64,000 nucleotides of DNA from Promethearchaeota archaeon (GCA_048940925.1 JBHLOC010000028.1:1-64000); one strand, 5' to 3'; shown: positions 51,363 through 63,065, counted from the first letter of the stretch. A program made the numbers and translations. The notes: generated by a model from the letters alone, not told the origin.

Positions 51363-53414
51363 TTGAAATATAGAACTATTTTTTCCAATTCAGTAGCGAT
51401 TATTTTTTTATTAGCTATTTTTTTAATGAATTTCATAAATTTAAATAAATTTTTAAAACCAGATGAATCTTATATCAACCCTTTTTCATATCAAAAAGAA
51501 ATGCTTAGCTTTAGAAATAAAGACCTAAATTTAAAACATTCCACTACCAGCGAATCTAATCTCGAAGAAGAAGCTCAATATATAAGAGATCATGCGGGAG
51601 TTCCGGTCAATGAAACTGTTGGAATAATGAATAATAAAGAATCAGGTTTTAAAGGACATTTAGAAGAAGCCTATCGCATTGAAATATTGTCTTATGAAGA
51701 TGCTAAATCGATAGCTTCTTCTGGTTCTGGTGCTGCTGAAGATCCATTTATAATAGAAGGAAAAAGGTTTAATAATTCAGAAAATTCATTTGAATCTGCT
51801 GGAATTTACATTAATGATCCAGATGGTAATTACTTTATCAATATTAATAACTGTGAAATATATGGGTATCAAGATGAGCAGATCTATCTTAACCTTGGAG
51901 CCAAAATGTCGATATCGAATAGCAAAATCTATTCGAAGGGATTCGGGATTGTACAAAAAGGAGGTGATCTTGAAATTTTGGAAACTCACTTTTCAGGTTT
52001 AGAAAAAGGTGGTATTTTGGCATCTTCCGATCAAAAAAGTAAACTAATTATTATGAATTCCTTATTTGATAGTGAGTCTAATGAGTGGGGTATATCAAGC
52101 AAAGGTATTTATACTGATGGTACTGGGTTGGTAAATATATCTTTTAGCACTGTTAAAAATGCAAATTCTCTGGAATTTATATATATCTATAAATCTAGTA
52201 AGTTGATCTTTAGTAACTGTTATATAGATAATATTTCAAAGGCATTATTTCGAGGTAATAAAGCAGAGGGTTTTATTTCAAAGGATTCTATTATAAAATA
52301 TCTTCAGATTTCCAATACATCCCATAATTCTATATATTTACAAGGTGAATCGGATTTAGAAATTTCTTTCTGTACTATTAAAAATAGTGCTCCTGATAAG
52401 AGATTAATCTTAATCTTGAATTCAAATAATGAATTCCCTCATGATATTGTAATACATCATTGTAAATTTACTGATTCAATTGGCTCAGGAAAACCAGGTA
52501 ATGAATGTCTAGAAGTATTTTATGGAAAAAATATCGAATTCCATCATAATTGGGTTACAGAATGTACAGAAGATGCATATGAGTTGGTTTCTCCTCAAAT
52601 AGGCTGTTCTATTCATGAAAATGTAGGTGACAACGTACAAAAACAAATAGTGGATATATATCAAGCATTTGGTAATGAAAAGGAATTTGATTCTCATGGG
52701 GGATATGTTGGAACCTATATTCATCATATTTATGGGAATAGTTTCAGAGATTGTGCCGTGAGAATTACAGATGCCGATGGATTACTAATCCATGATATCT
52801 ATGCTTCCTGTGGTGCCTTATACTCAGTTATTTTAGAGCAGAGATATGGTAACAATAGTAAAACTCCCGCTAATTGTATTATTTTAGATCCTATCATCAA
52901 TTATGCACCTAATGGCTCAAAGTTAGGTTTAGAAGGATCTATAGGTCCTGGAAATATTTTTCTTACATTTTCATTTGGAGAAGAGGATATTAAAATAAAA
53001 AATGATCTAATTTTTATAAAAAGAAAAGCATTCGGAGTAACAACAAATAATTCCCTTCTCACAAATATCTCTATTTTAAAGTTTTTAAATTATTGGGACA
53101 CTTTTAAAGAATCTGTTATTGAATGGATTGAATTTAGTGATAATGAAGCATATGTTGAATATAAGGTATATACTGGTTTGTCAAATTCTGTCTTTCAATT
53201 AGAGCAACAAATTAATAATACTTGGAAAAAAATTAAAACATTTCAGGTAAGAAATAATGGATATTTAATATATTCAAATTGTGGATATGATGATGTCATT
53301 CTTCGATTAATATTATTAGAACTTTCATTACATTTTTTCAATACTGAATTATATTTCTTACTGATAATCTTAATCATTCTACTTTTCTTTTTAATTATAC
53401 AAGAAAAGAATTAA
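51363..53414 (+). CDS. Membrane-anchored right-handed beta-helix (pectin-lyase-like) protein
   Basis: N- and C-terminal TM; GSGAAEDPFIIEG followed by Asn/Ile-rich coils (ININNCEIYG, IVIHHCKF, IEFHHNWV). Confidence 0.7.
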   Translation: MKYRTIFSNSVAIIFLLAIFLMNFINLNKFLKPDESYINPFSYQKEMLSFRNKDLNLKHSTTSESNLEEEAQYIRDHAGVPVNETVGIMNNKESGFKGHLEEAYRIEILSYEDAKSIASSGSGAAEDPFIIEGKRFNNSENSFESAGIYINDPDGNYFININNCEIYGYQDEQIYLNLGAKMSISNSKIYSKGFGIVQKGGDLEILETHFSGLEKGGILASSDQKSKLIIMNSLFDSESNEWGISSKGIYTDGTGLVNISFSTVKNANSLEFIYIYKSSKLIFSNCYIDNISKALFRGNKAEGFISKDSIIKYLQISNTSHNSIYLQGESDLEISFCTIKNSAPDKRLILILNSNNEFPHDIVIHHCKFTDSIGSGKPGNECLEVFYGKNIEFHHNWVTECTEDAYELVSPQIGCSIHENVGDNVQKQIVDIYQAFGNEKEFDSHGGYVGTYIHHIYGNSFRDCAVRITDADGLLIHDIYASCGALYSVILEQRYGNNSKTPANCIILDPIINYAPNGSKLGLEGSIGPGNIFLTFSFGEEDIKIKNDLIFIKRKAFGVTTNNSLLTNISILKFLNYWDTFKESVIEWIEFSDNEAYVEYKVYTGLSNSVFQLEQQINNTWKKIKTFQVRNNGYLIYSNCGYDDVILRLILLELSLHFFNTELYFLLIILIILLFFLIIQEKN

Positions 53415-53572
53415 TTCTAATTTCGAATTTAATACACCAACTTTTTTAAAAAAAAATTAATTGAAGGTTAAGTAACTCCTCTAAATGTTCTTACAAAATT
53501 ATATAGAAAAATATATATTCATAATTATACAGAAAACATTAAATTGAGTTTAAGAAAAAAATATACAGCATT

Positions 53573-53990
53573 TTGAAAAAAAAACATATATATTCTGCAT
53601 TAACCTTTCATAACGACGTTTATTTTCATTTTTATTGTTCTTTATTTTACATTTTTTGCTGCATTGTATATTTATCCTAACGGATATTAAAACCAGACCT
53701 CTCCTATTATGTATATTGGCTTTTTAATTATCATTTTATCATTTTTTTTGTTTTTCTTTGTAAATTTAGAAAAAGAACATAAAAAATTTGTTAAAATTAA
53801 ATTTTTATCTGAAAGCAGTCTAAAGATCCTTATTCTAAGAATAATTATTATCTCTTTTTTTATTCCTCCTTTATCATTCTCTCCTATTATAATCATCTGG
53901 GAAAAAGTCAGTCTAATAAACTATTTTATAGCTATTAGTTTTATAATTGGTTTTGCATTTTTACCAGAGCTATGCATTTATCCATTGTAA
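53573..53990 (+). pseudogene. Degraded partial paralog of the N-terminus of the 59772-63065 membrane protein
   Basis: YIYPNGY*NQTSPIMYIGF...KFLSESSLKIL...NYFIAISFIIGFAFLP aligns with YITPNGLQFQNSFIMFIGF...KFISENVLKVL...NYFRAIIFIIGSAFLP; internal TAA at 53688 and truncation at 53990. Confidence 0.8.
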
Positions 53991-54157
53991 TCTTTTACTC
54001 CTTTAGGAGAACCAGTTTACAACCCGATAAGGATAATTAATTTAATATGAATGCTTTAAAAAATAAATACTTAAATTATACGATTTTATATAATGAAGTT
54101 CATCCTGAAGTGCATTCTAATGTGAATCCATAATTCTTTCATTAAAAATTTATCTGA

Positions 54158-55333
54158 TTATGTTATTCTCATTAATAAAAATTTATAAAGTGCTTTTGTA
54201 ACAATGTCAACATCATATTTCTCTAAAATTCTTTTTTTTGCAGTATTTTTCATTAATTCAATTGATTCACTGTTTTTTTTAAAAAATAAAAGTTGCTTTA
54301 ATAAATCATCCTCACGAAAAGGATTAAATAATAAACCTGTCTTCTTATGATCTATTATATCTTTGATCCCAGATACATTTGAAGCAATAACAAAAGTGTT
54401 TGTTAAAATTGATTCTAAAATTATATTTGGAACTCCTTCTCCAAAGGTAGGATGAATTAAAACATTAATTCTAGAGTAAATATGTGACTTATCCTTTTCA
54501 AAACCTAATGCTATAATACTATTAGTTAATTTGTGTTCTCTAATGAAATTTTTAATAAATTTTTTCTCTGGTCCTTCCCCAAAAAAATATAATTTATCAT
54601 TTGGATAATAGTTTAAATAGTTTTTAAATGACCTTAGTAAAAATCTAAGGTTTTTGGTTTCTAGCAACCTCCCAATATACCCAAAATTGGTTTGTTCTTC
54701 TATATTTTTTTCAATTTTTAAAAATCTCTTGCTTTCAATTCCATTGGGTAATTTAATAATATTTGCCTTAGATATACCTGATTTAATGAAATCATCATAA
54801 ATCTTGTCATTAATGGCTTGGATATATACGTCTTTCATTCTTATTATTATTTTCTTAAAGAATTTCATCCAACCATAGTAAAACAATTTGACAAATATCG
54901 ATTGCGAACTAAACACAAATTCTTCTCTTTGATGTGTGTTAAAATCACTAGGTGCTTTAATAAATAGAGGTATTTTAAAAATTAATCTTACGATTAGGGG
55001 ACTAATCATATTATAATAATAAGAATGAATATTTATGGCATGAATGTGGTTTATTTTATGGAGATGGACTACTTTAAAAATACTTTTCAAAAAAAAGTAA
55101 ACCTCATCTAATTTTCTCTCCTTAAATTTTTGAATTGAAACTTTCTTAACTTTATTCGTTTGAGGAATATATTCAGAGTATTTTGTAACTAGAAAAATAT
55201 TCAAATTATCAATTTTTTCATAAGAAGGTAAAAGTTGTAAGATTTGGTTTGCGACTCCTCCAACAGACAGATTTAATGCTTTATTCTCGTGAGTATTGGA
55301 GACGATTATGCATAAATTTATTAAGATCACCAT
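54158..55333 (-). CDS. GT4 glycosyltransferase
   Basis: LPNGIE, YIGRLLETKN, HPTFGEGVPNIILES. Confidence 0.9.
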   Translation of the reverse strand: MVILINLCIIVSNTHENKALNLSVGGVANQILQLLPSYEKIDNLNIFLVTKYSEYIPQTNKVKKVSIQKFKERKLDEVYFFLKSIFKVVHLHKINHIHAINIHSYYYNMISPLIVRLIFKIPLFIKAPSDFNTHQREEFVFSSQSIFVKLFYYGWMKFFKKIIIRMKDVYIQAINDKIYDDFIKSGISKANIIKLPNGIESKRFLKIEKNIEEQTNFGYIGRLLETKNLRFLLRSFKNYLNYYPNDKLYFFGEGPEKKFIKNFIREHKLTNSIIALGFEKDKSHIYSRINVLIHPTFGEGVPNIILESILTNTFVIASNVSGIKDIIDHKKTGLLFNPFREDDLLKQLLFFKKNSESIELMKNTAKKRILEKYDVDIVTKALYKFLLMRIT

Positions 55334-55607
55334 AAATTTTGAGTCTTATTTTAAATACAAAGAATTTCTCAATTCTTATAAAATTTCATTCGATTATTTT
55401 TAGAAATGTTTCTAAAGTCCAAAACCATTAGATTTTAGGATTGAAAGCAATTTGAAGATTGATTTTATAATAAGTTATATAAATGAATTTTTTGCGTAAT
55501 TATCTTTTTTAGAAATTGCTATTGGAATTTCTACTTAATCAAAAGAAATTAAATATATTAAGTATATAATATAATATTTCATACTGATTTCTGGATGTTA
55601 AAGAAAG

Positions 55608-56606
55608 TTGAATAATAAATTAGTTAGTGTAATCATCCCTACTTATAACCGTAGTAGTTTTATTAAAGAAACAATAAATTCTGTTATAAATCAAACTTAT
55701 CAGAATTTTGAAATTTTAATTATTGATGATGGTTCAACAGATAATACAAAAGACATTGTTCTCTCTTTTAATGACCAGAGAATTCAATACATATACCAAG
55801 AACATAGTGGATTCCCAGCTGTAGTAAGAAATACTGGAATGAAAATTGCTAAAGGGGAATATATAGCTTTTCTTGACTCTGATGATTTATGGTTTCCCCA
55901 AAAATTAGAGAAACAAATTAAATTATTTGAAAAATATCCCAGTAAATTACTAATATCTACAAATGGAATAATTTTTCCAGCAAAACCCTATATAAAGTTT
56001 TTAGATTTCAAAAAAGATAAAATAATTTCATTAAATGAATTATTGAGAAAAAATATTATCATTAATTCAAGTGTATTAATAAAAAGGTCTATTATTAATG
56101 AAATAGGTTTTCTAGATGAGAATTCAATTCTAAAATCTGGGCAAGATTATGACTATTGGTTAAGATTATTAAAACATAAAGAAAACTCAATATTAGTTTT
56201 AAAAGATATTTTAGTAAAATATCGAGACCATGAAAGCTTTAAAATTAGCACAAATAAAGATCCTAAACATTTTTTAAAGAAATATAGAAAGAAAAAGTAT
56301 ATTTATAATAAATATACTAACTTCAATAAAAAATATATAAAAAGCTTATTAAGAGAACTATTATATCAATATAAAGTCTCGAGAATAAAAATTGAACTGT
56401 TTAAGAAAGAAATTAGTTTATTCGGTTTTTTGAAGGAAAAAAGTCTAAAAGTTGATGATAAATTACTAATAATGTTTGAATTTCTTTATAAAAGGCTTAA
56501 ATTTGATGAATTTGCAGAAAAATCAAACTTTTTGAAAGGTTGTATTAATTTCATCAAATTTACATTATATAAACAGGTTAAGTTAAATCGTTTTCTTATT
56601 TTTTAA
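55608..56606 (+). CDS. GT2 glycosyltransferase
   Basis: VSVIIPTYNR, IDDGSTD, AFLDSDDLW, QDYDYWLR. Confidence 0.93.
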   Translation: MNNKLVSVIIPTYNRSSFIKETINSVINQTYQNFEILIIDDGSTDNTKDIVLSFNDQRIQYIYQEHSGFPAVVRNTGMKIAKGEYIAFLDSDDLWFPQKLEKQIKLFEKYPSKLLISTNGIIFPAKPYIKFLDFKKDKIISLNELLRKNIIINSSVLIKRSIINEIGFLDENSILKSGQDYDYWLRLLKHKENSILVLKDILVKYRDHESFKISTNKDPKHFLKKYRKKKYIYNKYTNFNKKYIKSLLRELLYQYKVSRIKIELFKKEISLFGFLKEKSLKVDDKLLIMFEFLYKRLKFDEFAEKSNFLKGCINFIKFTLYKQVKLNRFLIF

Positions 56607-56780
56607 TGTAATATAACTAAAAGATATATTACTTCAGAGAATATAGATTGTAATAATAATAATTATCTTTCTTTTTTAGGAATTTGAAATTTAAATTTTA
56701 TTATTTTTAATAAATTCTTTATAATCATTATGATTTTAAATTCTATTAAAAGGAAATATTAATTCTGCCTATTTTAAAAT

Positions 56781-58280
56781 ATGAAAAAAAATACAGTAAA
56801 AGAAGTAATTACAAAGATTTTCAAACCTCATGATATATTGTCTCAACAAATGATAAGTGGGGGTGTTTTGTTATTCATAGGAAAAATTATTGAATTAATT
56901 TTATCCTTTTTAACTTTAATCATTGCTGGAAGAATTCTAAATCCATTAGCTTTTGGATTAGTTGGGATAGCTTATTTAATGATTGACATCCTTAATACAT
57001 TTACTCAATTTGGATTTAAACAGGCATTGATCCAGAGAAAAGATATATCGACATATATGAATTCTGCTTGGACCTTATCCATTTTAAGGGCATGTATATT
57101 ATATGCAATCATGTTTTTTATAGCACCTTTAGTATCGTTAATTACCAATGAACCTGAAGTAAAATTTATAATTCAAATTCTTAGTTTATCTATCCTTATA
57201 GATTCTTTTTCTAACATCTATCTGGTTTATTTTGTTAAAGAATTAGAATTTAAGAAATACTTTTATTTTACTATATCTACAACCATTGGTAATTTCGTTT
57301 TTACAGTCATTTTTGTAATAGTATTACAGAACGTTTGGGGGATTGTTATTGGAAAATTGCTAGGAGAATTCGTTAAAGTAATTATCAGTTATTTAGTCAT
57401 TACAAAAAATAGACCAAAATTTTCATTAAATTGGAGAAAAATAAATGAATTATTTCAATTTGGCAAGTGGTTGTTAGGTTCAGTCATTCTTATTTTCTTT
57501 ATTACTCAAGGAGATGATATATTCGTAGGATTAGTTCTTGGAGCAACAGCATTAGGTTTATATCAAATGGCTTATAAATTTTCAAATTTGCCTGCAACAA
57601 TGATCACTCATGCTATCACTGGTGCATCGTATCCTACTTATTCAAAATTACAAGACGACCAGATAAAATTAAGAAATTATTATCTTGGTATCCTTAAAAT
57701 CACCTTATTTTTTGCATTTCCATTTGCTGGTTTGTTATTTATCATTTCACCTGAATTCATAACTCTATTTTTAGGTAATAAATGGCTAGCAGTAATTCCT
57801 ATTATGCAAATTCTATGTATCTTTGGAGCTTTACGTTCAATAAACGCAACAACAGGACCACTTTTTCAAGCCGTAGGTAAACCAGAAATTTTAACAAAGG
57901 TCTCAGCAATTCAATTAATATTTCTTGGTATCATAATCATTCCTATGGGGATAATATATGGATTAATTGGGATCTCATTGGCTGTAACTATTTCAAATTT
58001 TGTAAACTTATATTTTGCCATTAGAGAAGTAAGTAAAATTATAGATTTAAAAGCAAGATCTATTATTTTAAAAATTCTACCTTTTATATTATCTATCATA
58101 TTTACAATTTTTATTATTTACATAATCAAATTAATTATTTTAAACCACTTTGAACCTTGGTTAAATCTAATAATTTCGATTTGTGCAGGTTCAGTTATAT
58201 ATTTGCTAATTGTTAAAATCACAGGATTTTCCATTTTTGAATATTTATATACTTTTTTTACTCAGGATGGTAATATCTAA
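56781..58280 (+). CDS. Polysaccharide flippase (WzxC-like)
   Basis: RILNPLAFGLV, GFKQALIQ, GATALGLYQMAY, about 12 TM. Confidence 0.9.
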   Translation: MKKNTVKEVITKIFKPHDILSQQMISGGVLLFIGKIIELILSFLTLIIAGRILNPLAFGLVGIAYLMIDILNTFTQFGFKQALIQRKDISTYMNSAWTLSILRACILYAIMFFIAPLVSLITNEPEVKFIIQILSLSILIDSFSNIYLVYFVKELEFKKYFYFTISTTIGNFVFTVIFVIVLQNVWGIVIGKLLGEFVKVIISYLVITKNRPKFSLNWRKINELFQFGKWLLGSVILIFFITQGDDIFVGLVLGATALGLYQMAYKFSNLPATMITHAITGASYPTYSKLQDDQIKLRNYYLGILKITLFFAFPFAGLLFIISPEFITLFLGNKWLAVIPIMQILCIFGALRSINATTGPLFQAVGKPEILTKVSAIQLIFLGIIIIPMGIIYGLIGISLAVTISNFVNLYFAIREVSKIIDLKARSIILKILPFILSIIFTIFIIYIIKLIILNHFEPWLNLIISICAGSVIYLLIVKITGFSIFEYLYTFFTQDGNI

Positions 58281-58313
58281 TAATATTAGAAATAGAAATA
58301 TTAAAATAAAAAA

Positions 58314-59528
58314 TTACAAAAGATTCTCATAGTACTTTAATAGTTTCCTATTCAAATTTTTAATCCCAAAATTGTTTATAATGAATTTCTGACCGTTAAG
58401 ACCCATATCTCTAATTTTTTGTCGATTAAAAATTAGCATCTCTAGTTTTTCTACAATTGCCTCTGTGTCTCTTTCAGGTACAAGATACCCAGATATACTA
58501 TCGTTAACAATCTCCGGGATACCAGAATGTTTAGTTGAAATAACTGGTAAGCCCATTGATTGTGCCTCCAATAAAACTGTTGGCGTACCCTCTTGATTTC
58601 CTTCTTTTGTTGTAATACTAGGCAAAATAAAAATATCACTGACTTTATACAAGTTAATTATTTCATTACGGTTTAAAGCACCAGTCAATATCACCTTCTC
58701 ATTTAAATGTAATTTTTGAATTAAGTGTTTCAAATCAAGAAATAAAGGACCATCCCCTACTATTCTATAAATTGTTTTGGGTGCTTTTATTTTAAGTTTT
58801 GAAATTGCTCTTATACTGTATTCAAATCCTTTTTTCTCCACGAATCTTCCAATGGATAACAAATTTATTTCCGAGTTTATAGATTTAGATTTCAAATCAA
58901 AATTGAATTTATCCAAATCGATACCTAAATGATGGACAATTAATTTCCTCTCATCACATCCAAGATTCATTAAAATTTTTTTAAAATAGCTACAAATTGA
59001 AATAAATAAAGAACCTACTTTAAATAAATCATAATAAATATTCTTTCCATGTTCTTTTATCCAAGATGTTAGATCAAAACCATAGAATGAGGTAATTAAC
59101 TTTCCATTTATTCCTATTTCTTTTAAAAACGCTCCTAATATACCAATATTACCAAAATGACAATGAATAATATCATAGTTTTTTTTTAAAAATAAGATTG
59201 CTAAAGACAGTTTGGATAAAAATAACTTATCTTTTCTAATTATTAAAATCTTTATTGCTTTCAAAATCTTTTTGGGATCTTTGTAAAACCTAGTAAAAAT
59301 TAAATAGATTACTCTTAATATGCGGGAAAAAAGAGATGAACCTGAAAAATAAGTTGTTCTATTTATTAAATTATATTTTATAACATCTGGTTGGATTAAT
59401 TTTTCTTGTTGGTTAAGTCCCGCATAAATATCCAATTCATGCCCAAAATCTAGTATGCCTGTAATTTGATTTAAAATAAAAGTTTGAGAATAGACAGGAA
59501 AAGCACTTAAAATAATAGCAATCTTCAA
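58314..59528 (-). CDS. GT4 glycosyltransferase (WcaL-like)
   Basis: FPVYSQTFILNQITG, HCHFG, GRFVEKKG, GNQEGTPTVLLEAQSMGLPV. Confidence 0.9.
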   Translation of the reverse strand: MKIAIILSAFPVYSQTFILNQITGILDFGHELDIYAGLNQQEKLIQPDVIKYNLINRTTYFSGSSLFSRILRVIYLIFTRFYKDPKKILKAIKILIIRKDKLFLSKLSLAILFLKKNYDIIHCHFGNIGILGAFLKEIGINGKLITSFYGFDLTSWIKEHGKNIYYDLFKVGSLFISICSYFKKILMNLGCDERKLIVHHLGIDLDKFNFDLKSKSINSEINLLSIGRFVEKKGFEYSIRAISKLKIKAPKTIYRIVGDGPLFLDLKHLIQKLHLNEKVILTGALNRNEIINLYKVSDIFILPSITTKEGNQEGTPTVLLEAQSMGLPVISTKHSGIPEIVNDSISGYLVPERDTEAIVEKLEMLIFNRQKIRDMGLNGQKFIINNFGIKNLNRKLLKYYENLL

Positions 59529-59771
59529 GGTAAAATTATTCCTCCCAACCTTTAGTATTTTGCTTATTAGTTTACTAAATTATTGTTTAAAAATATTTTA
59601 GACAAAAATTTTGTCAAATACTTAGAAATTTTCTAAAATCTAAATAATTTAATTAATTAAAATAACTTTATCATCAACATTATTTCAAAAAAATTTAAAA
59701 GATGATAAAAATCTTTCATTATTAATAAAACCATTTGGTAATATTTCCAACACTCATAGGTATTAATTTCT

Positions 59772-62700
59772 TTGACATTAAAAATCAAGAAAAAACTATA
59801 TTTGTTTATTTTCTTATTTATTTTTCCATTTATTATTCTTACTTTTTGGTTCATTAATATCTTTTATATAACTCCTAATGGACTACAATTTCAGAATTCT
59901 TTCATTATGTTTATAGGATTTGGTATCATTATTAGTACTTTTTTCCTATTTTTTGCATTAGACTTAAAAAATAAAGATACAGATAATTTAACAGTTAAGT
60001 TTATTTCGGAAAATGTTCTAAAAGTTCTTTTATTAATTTTTATGGTTATGTCATTCTTGATTTCCGCTATTGATTTCCCAATCACAGTTATGGCGTGGCA
60101 AGAAATAGGTTTTTTAAATTATTTTCGAGCAATAATTTTTATAATCGGAAGTGCTTTTTTGCCCGGTTTGGCTTTATTTAACATATTATTTCCTGATAAT
60201 ACTCTTTCAAAACGTTTTAAAGTCAATTCTTTTTTAATAAAATTTACAATTTCTCCTCTTTTGTCATTTATCTTTATAGGTCTCTTTGTATTAATTCTAA
60301 ATACAATTGGAATAGTTATTAGAGAAATATTTTCTCTATTTCTCTTAATTTCAATTATAATTCTAGTTGTGATCGACCTTGCCATTCAAGGATTAAGAGA
60401 TTTTGAAGCATTAAAAATTGAGTTTATTCATAAAAAAATCGCTTCGCATACTATTTCAAAAAATCTATTATTAATAATAGCTCTTTCACTTGGAATATCA
60501 CTAATTGCGCTTGGAATACATGATGCTGTCCATTATTTAATAACAGGTGATAGTTGGTCAGCATTGAGTCCTGTTGTTTCTATTGAAGATCCTAATGATA
60601 ATCCTATATTCCAAGGTAAGATAGTTCGGTATCCTATCTTTTGGTGTTATGTGTCATACGGTTTAGCTATTTTAAGTGGAATCCCTGTAATTAATGTTAG
60701 TGCAATAATGGCACCTTTTTGCTTTTTGTTTGTATTTACCATATATTTATTGAATAAGGCTATTTTAAATAAGTTCAAGGAAAAATATGCTATTTTATCT
60801 ACTATTATTATCTCAATGTTTTCAGGGTTGATGTTCATCTCTCCGTATATCTATAATCATGCTATAGTTTCAAGTGATATTGGTATAGTTAGTATTTTAA
60901 TATTCTCAGGACAATTCTTTTTTTACTACAAGTCATTTGCATTATATTTGGCATTTATAACTATTGCACTATATATAATAGCAAATAAGAAGATAGGAGG
61001 ATTTATAACAGTTGAAATGGAAAAAAAAGAGAATATCAAACTACTATGTATTGCAGCCTTATTTCTAGTTATTTCTTATATGACTTATATGCTTCCATTA
61101 ATACCAGTATTAATTTTTATAATTTTTTTTACTTTATTTTCAAAGAAAGAAAATCTAGGAAAATATTATTTCTTATACTTCTTATTCCTAACTCTGATTT
61201 TCTTTTTCATTTTTGATTTATTAACTAATTCATTTAACAGTTTCCTTTTTAGTGATAAATTTGATGATTTTATAGTATGGATTCTATCGACAGAAAAAAC
61301 AAATAAATTTATTATAAATTTTTTAGCTTATTATTTCTTTTTTGGTATGATAATTATCTATATTGTTGTTAATCGTTTTTCTTACTTTATTAATAAACAT
61401 AAATTTACACAAAAAACTAATCGAAATCCACAAGGTTATTTAAAAAATTTCATCTACAATTATAAAACTCAAAGAAATGCGATTCTTATTCTTTTTATTT
61501 TTTCTACTTTTCTGATTATTTTTGGATTCTTCAATTTATATTTTAAATTCTATATATTTAGATTCATATACATTGATAAGCATTATTGGCTTTACCCAAT
61601 TTCTATACTTTTAGATAACTTAATTATTTCTTTTGGCATTTTTGGTATACTTGGTATATATTTCTCTTATTTTTGCTTTAAAAAAGATAAACAATTATTT
61701 CTAATTTTAACTTCTTGGGTTATACTTTCACTACTATATGCATCAATAGCAATTTTATTAGAATTTTTTGAAGAAATCTTGTATTCCAACCCGCCACAAA
61801 TCATTAGAGACGATATTATCAAATACATAACATTCTGGCTTACAAGAAATTGGTATTATGCTATAATCCCTCTTTCAATATTTTTATCTATAGGTATAAT
61901 AGAAGGCATTAAGATTTTAAAGAGATTGAAATTTCCTACGAAGTTTGATAATGACATAAAAAAGAGTATAAAATTTGCTTTCTTAACAATATTGATAATT
62001 TTTTCTTATACAAATGTCATAATCGCAGGTATTAATTGGGGAAGAATAAAAGGAGGAAACGTTGTTAGTGATAAAGAAGCCCAAATTATTGGTTATATAC
62101 CCCTTTACGTTCCTGAAAACTCACTTATTTTAACAGAAGAAAAATATTCTTTATATCACGGAATAGAAACCATGACAACCAATAATATTACAACTGTAGA
62201 AGAAATATTTGATCCTAATAAGCATTATAAATCATATATAGAAACAGTAGAAAATCTTAGCATAAGATATGCTGTTTTAGATGAAAAAGAACATCTTGGA
62301 ATAGATCCAATGATATCATCATTTCTGAATAATTTTCTTCTTAAATATTTCTTTACCAGAACATTATATCAATACCAGACTATGGGAATATTTGAATATT
62401 CTCCAATAGAGATTAAACCTTTCTACCAAGCTTCCATAGATTTTATGATTTTTAAAGATGGAAGTGGACCTTCTGAATGGGGGGGTAAATGGAATGATCT
62501 ATCTATCGGAAATTCTAAGGTTCAAGTTATACCAATCAAAGAAGATCATTTAAAAGTATTACAACTAACTTCTGATTTAGGATATGCTGCTTTTTGTAGA
62601 GAAGAAGACGATATGACATATGGCTCTATAGAATTTTGGTTGTATTCAACAAATACCTATCAAAATTTTACATACAAGATTACTCAAGATGGAAATAATA

Positions 62701-63065
62701 TTTTGAAATTCTTAATTGATAATAATAAATGGCAGTATATTGATAATTCAGGTAAAGCCAAAGTAATCCCTGGATTAGGCATATCTCCGAAAAATGATAC
62801 TTGGCATCATATTAGAATCGATTTTGAAAGCTCAAATAGCGGATATGAAGGATTAGAACAATTTAAATGGCAGGTTATTATAGATGGAATGGCTAAATCA
62901 GATAAAATTGATTTCATTGATAAAATAGAAGGGGGATGGAGTTATCATTGTTTTCAAACTGAGAGATGTAATGATTACTCAGTTTATTTAGATGCTATAG
63001 GTTTCAGTTGGGACGAGTATTATGAATTAGGCTATAATATGAATAAAATGATTTTTAAAGTATAA
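59772..63065 (+). CDS. Large polytopic membrane protein, probable GT-C fold, with C-terminal ConA/LamG-like domain
   Basis: Many TM segments; loop TGDSW; C-terminal GSIEFWLY...DTWHHIRIDF...VIIDG. Confidence 0.65.
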   Translation: MTLKIKKKLYLFIFLFIFPFIILTFWFINIFYITPNGLQFQNSFIMFIGFGIIISTFFLFFALDLKNKDTDNLTVKFISENVLKVLLLIFMVMSFLISAIDFPITVMAWQEIGFLNYFRAIIFIIGSAFLPGLALFNILFPDNTLSKRFKVNSFLIKFTISPLLSFIFIGLFVLILNTIGIVIREIFSLFLLISIIILVVIDLAIQGLRDFEALKIEFIHKKIASHTISKNLLLIIALSLGISLIALGIHDAVHYLITGDSWSALSPVVSIEDPNDNPIFQGKIVRYPIFWCYVSYGLAILSGIPVINVSAIMAPFCFLFVFTIYLLNKAILNKFKEKYAILSTIIISMFSGLMFISPYIYNHAIVSSDIGIVSILIFSGQFFFYYKSFALYLAFITIALYIIANKKIGGFITVEMEKKENIKLLCIAALFLVISYMTYMLPLIPVLIFIIFFTLFSKKENLGKYYFLYFLFLTLIFFFIFDLLTNSFNSFLFSDKFDDFIVWILSTEKTNKFIINFLAYYFFFGMIIIYIVVNRFSYFINKHKFTQKTNRNPQGYLKNFIYNYKTQRNAILILFIFSTFLIIFGFFNLYFKFYIFRFIYIDKHYWLYPISILLDNLIISFGIFGILGIYFSYFCFKKDKQLFLILTSWVILSLLYASIAILLEFFEEILYSNPPQIIRDDIIKYITFWLTRNWYYAIIPLSIFLSIGIIEGIKILKRLKFPTKFDNDIKKSIKFAFLTILIIFSYTNVIIAGINWGRIKGGNVVSDKEAQIIGYIPLYVPENSLILTEEKYSLYHGIETMTTNNITTVEEIFDPNKHYKSYIETVENLSIRYAVLDEKEHLGIDPMISSFLNNFLLKYFFTRTLYQYQTMGIFEYSPIEIKPFYQASIDFMIFKDGSGPSEWGGKWNDLSIGNSKVQVIPIKEDHLKVLQLTSDLGYAAFCREEDDMTYGSIEFWLYSTNTYQNFTYKITQDGNNILKFLIDNNKWQYIDNSGKAKVIPGLGISPKNDTWHHIRIDFESSNSGYEGLEQFKWQVIIDGMAKSDKIDFIDKIEGGWSYHCFQTERCNDYSVYLDAIGFSWDEYYELGYNMNKMIFKV

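Noticed and set aside
155-60838. Short antisense or overlapping ORFs in the track (e.g. 155-505, 2310-2583, 13342-13647, 16785-17114, 19698-19943, 26316-26645, 28718-29062, 59891-60838)
   Set aside because: Shadow frames of well-supported genes, with no independent motifs
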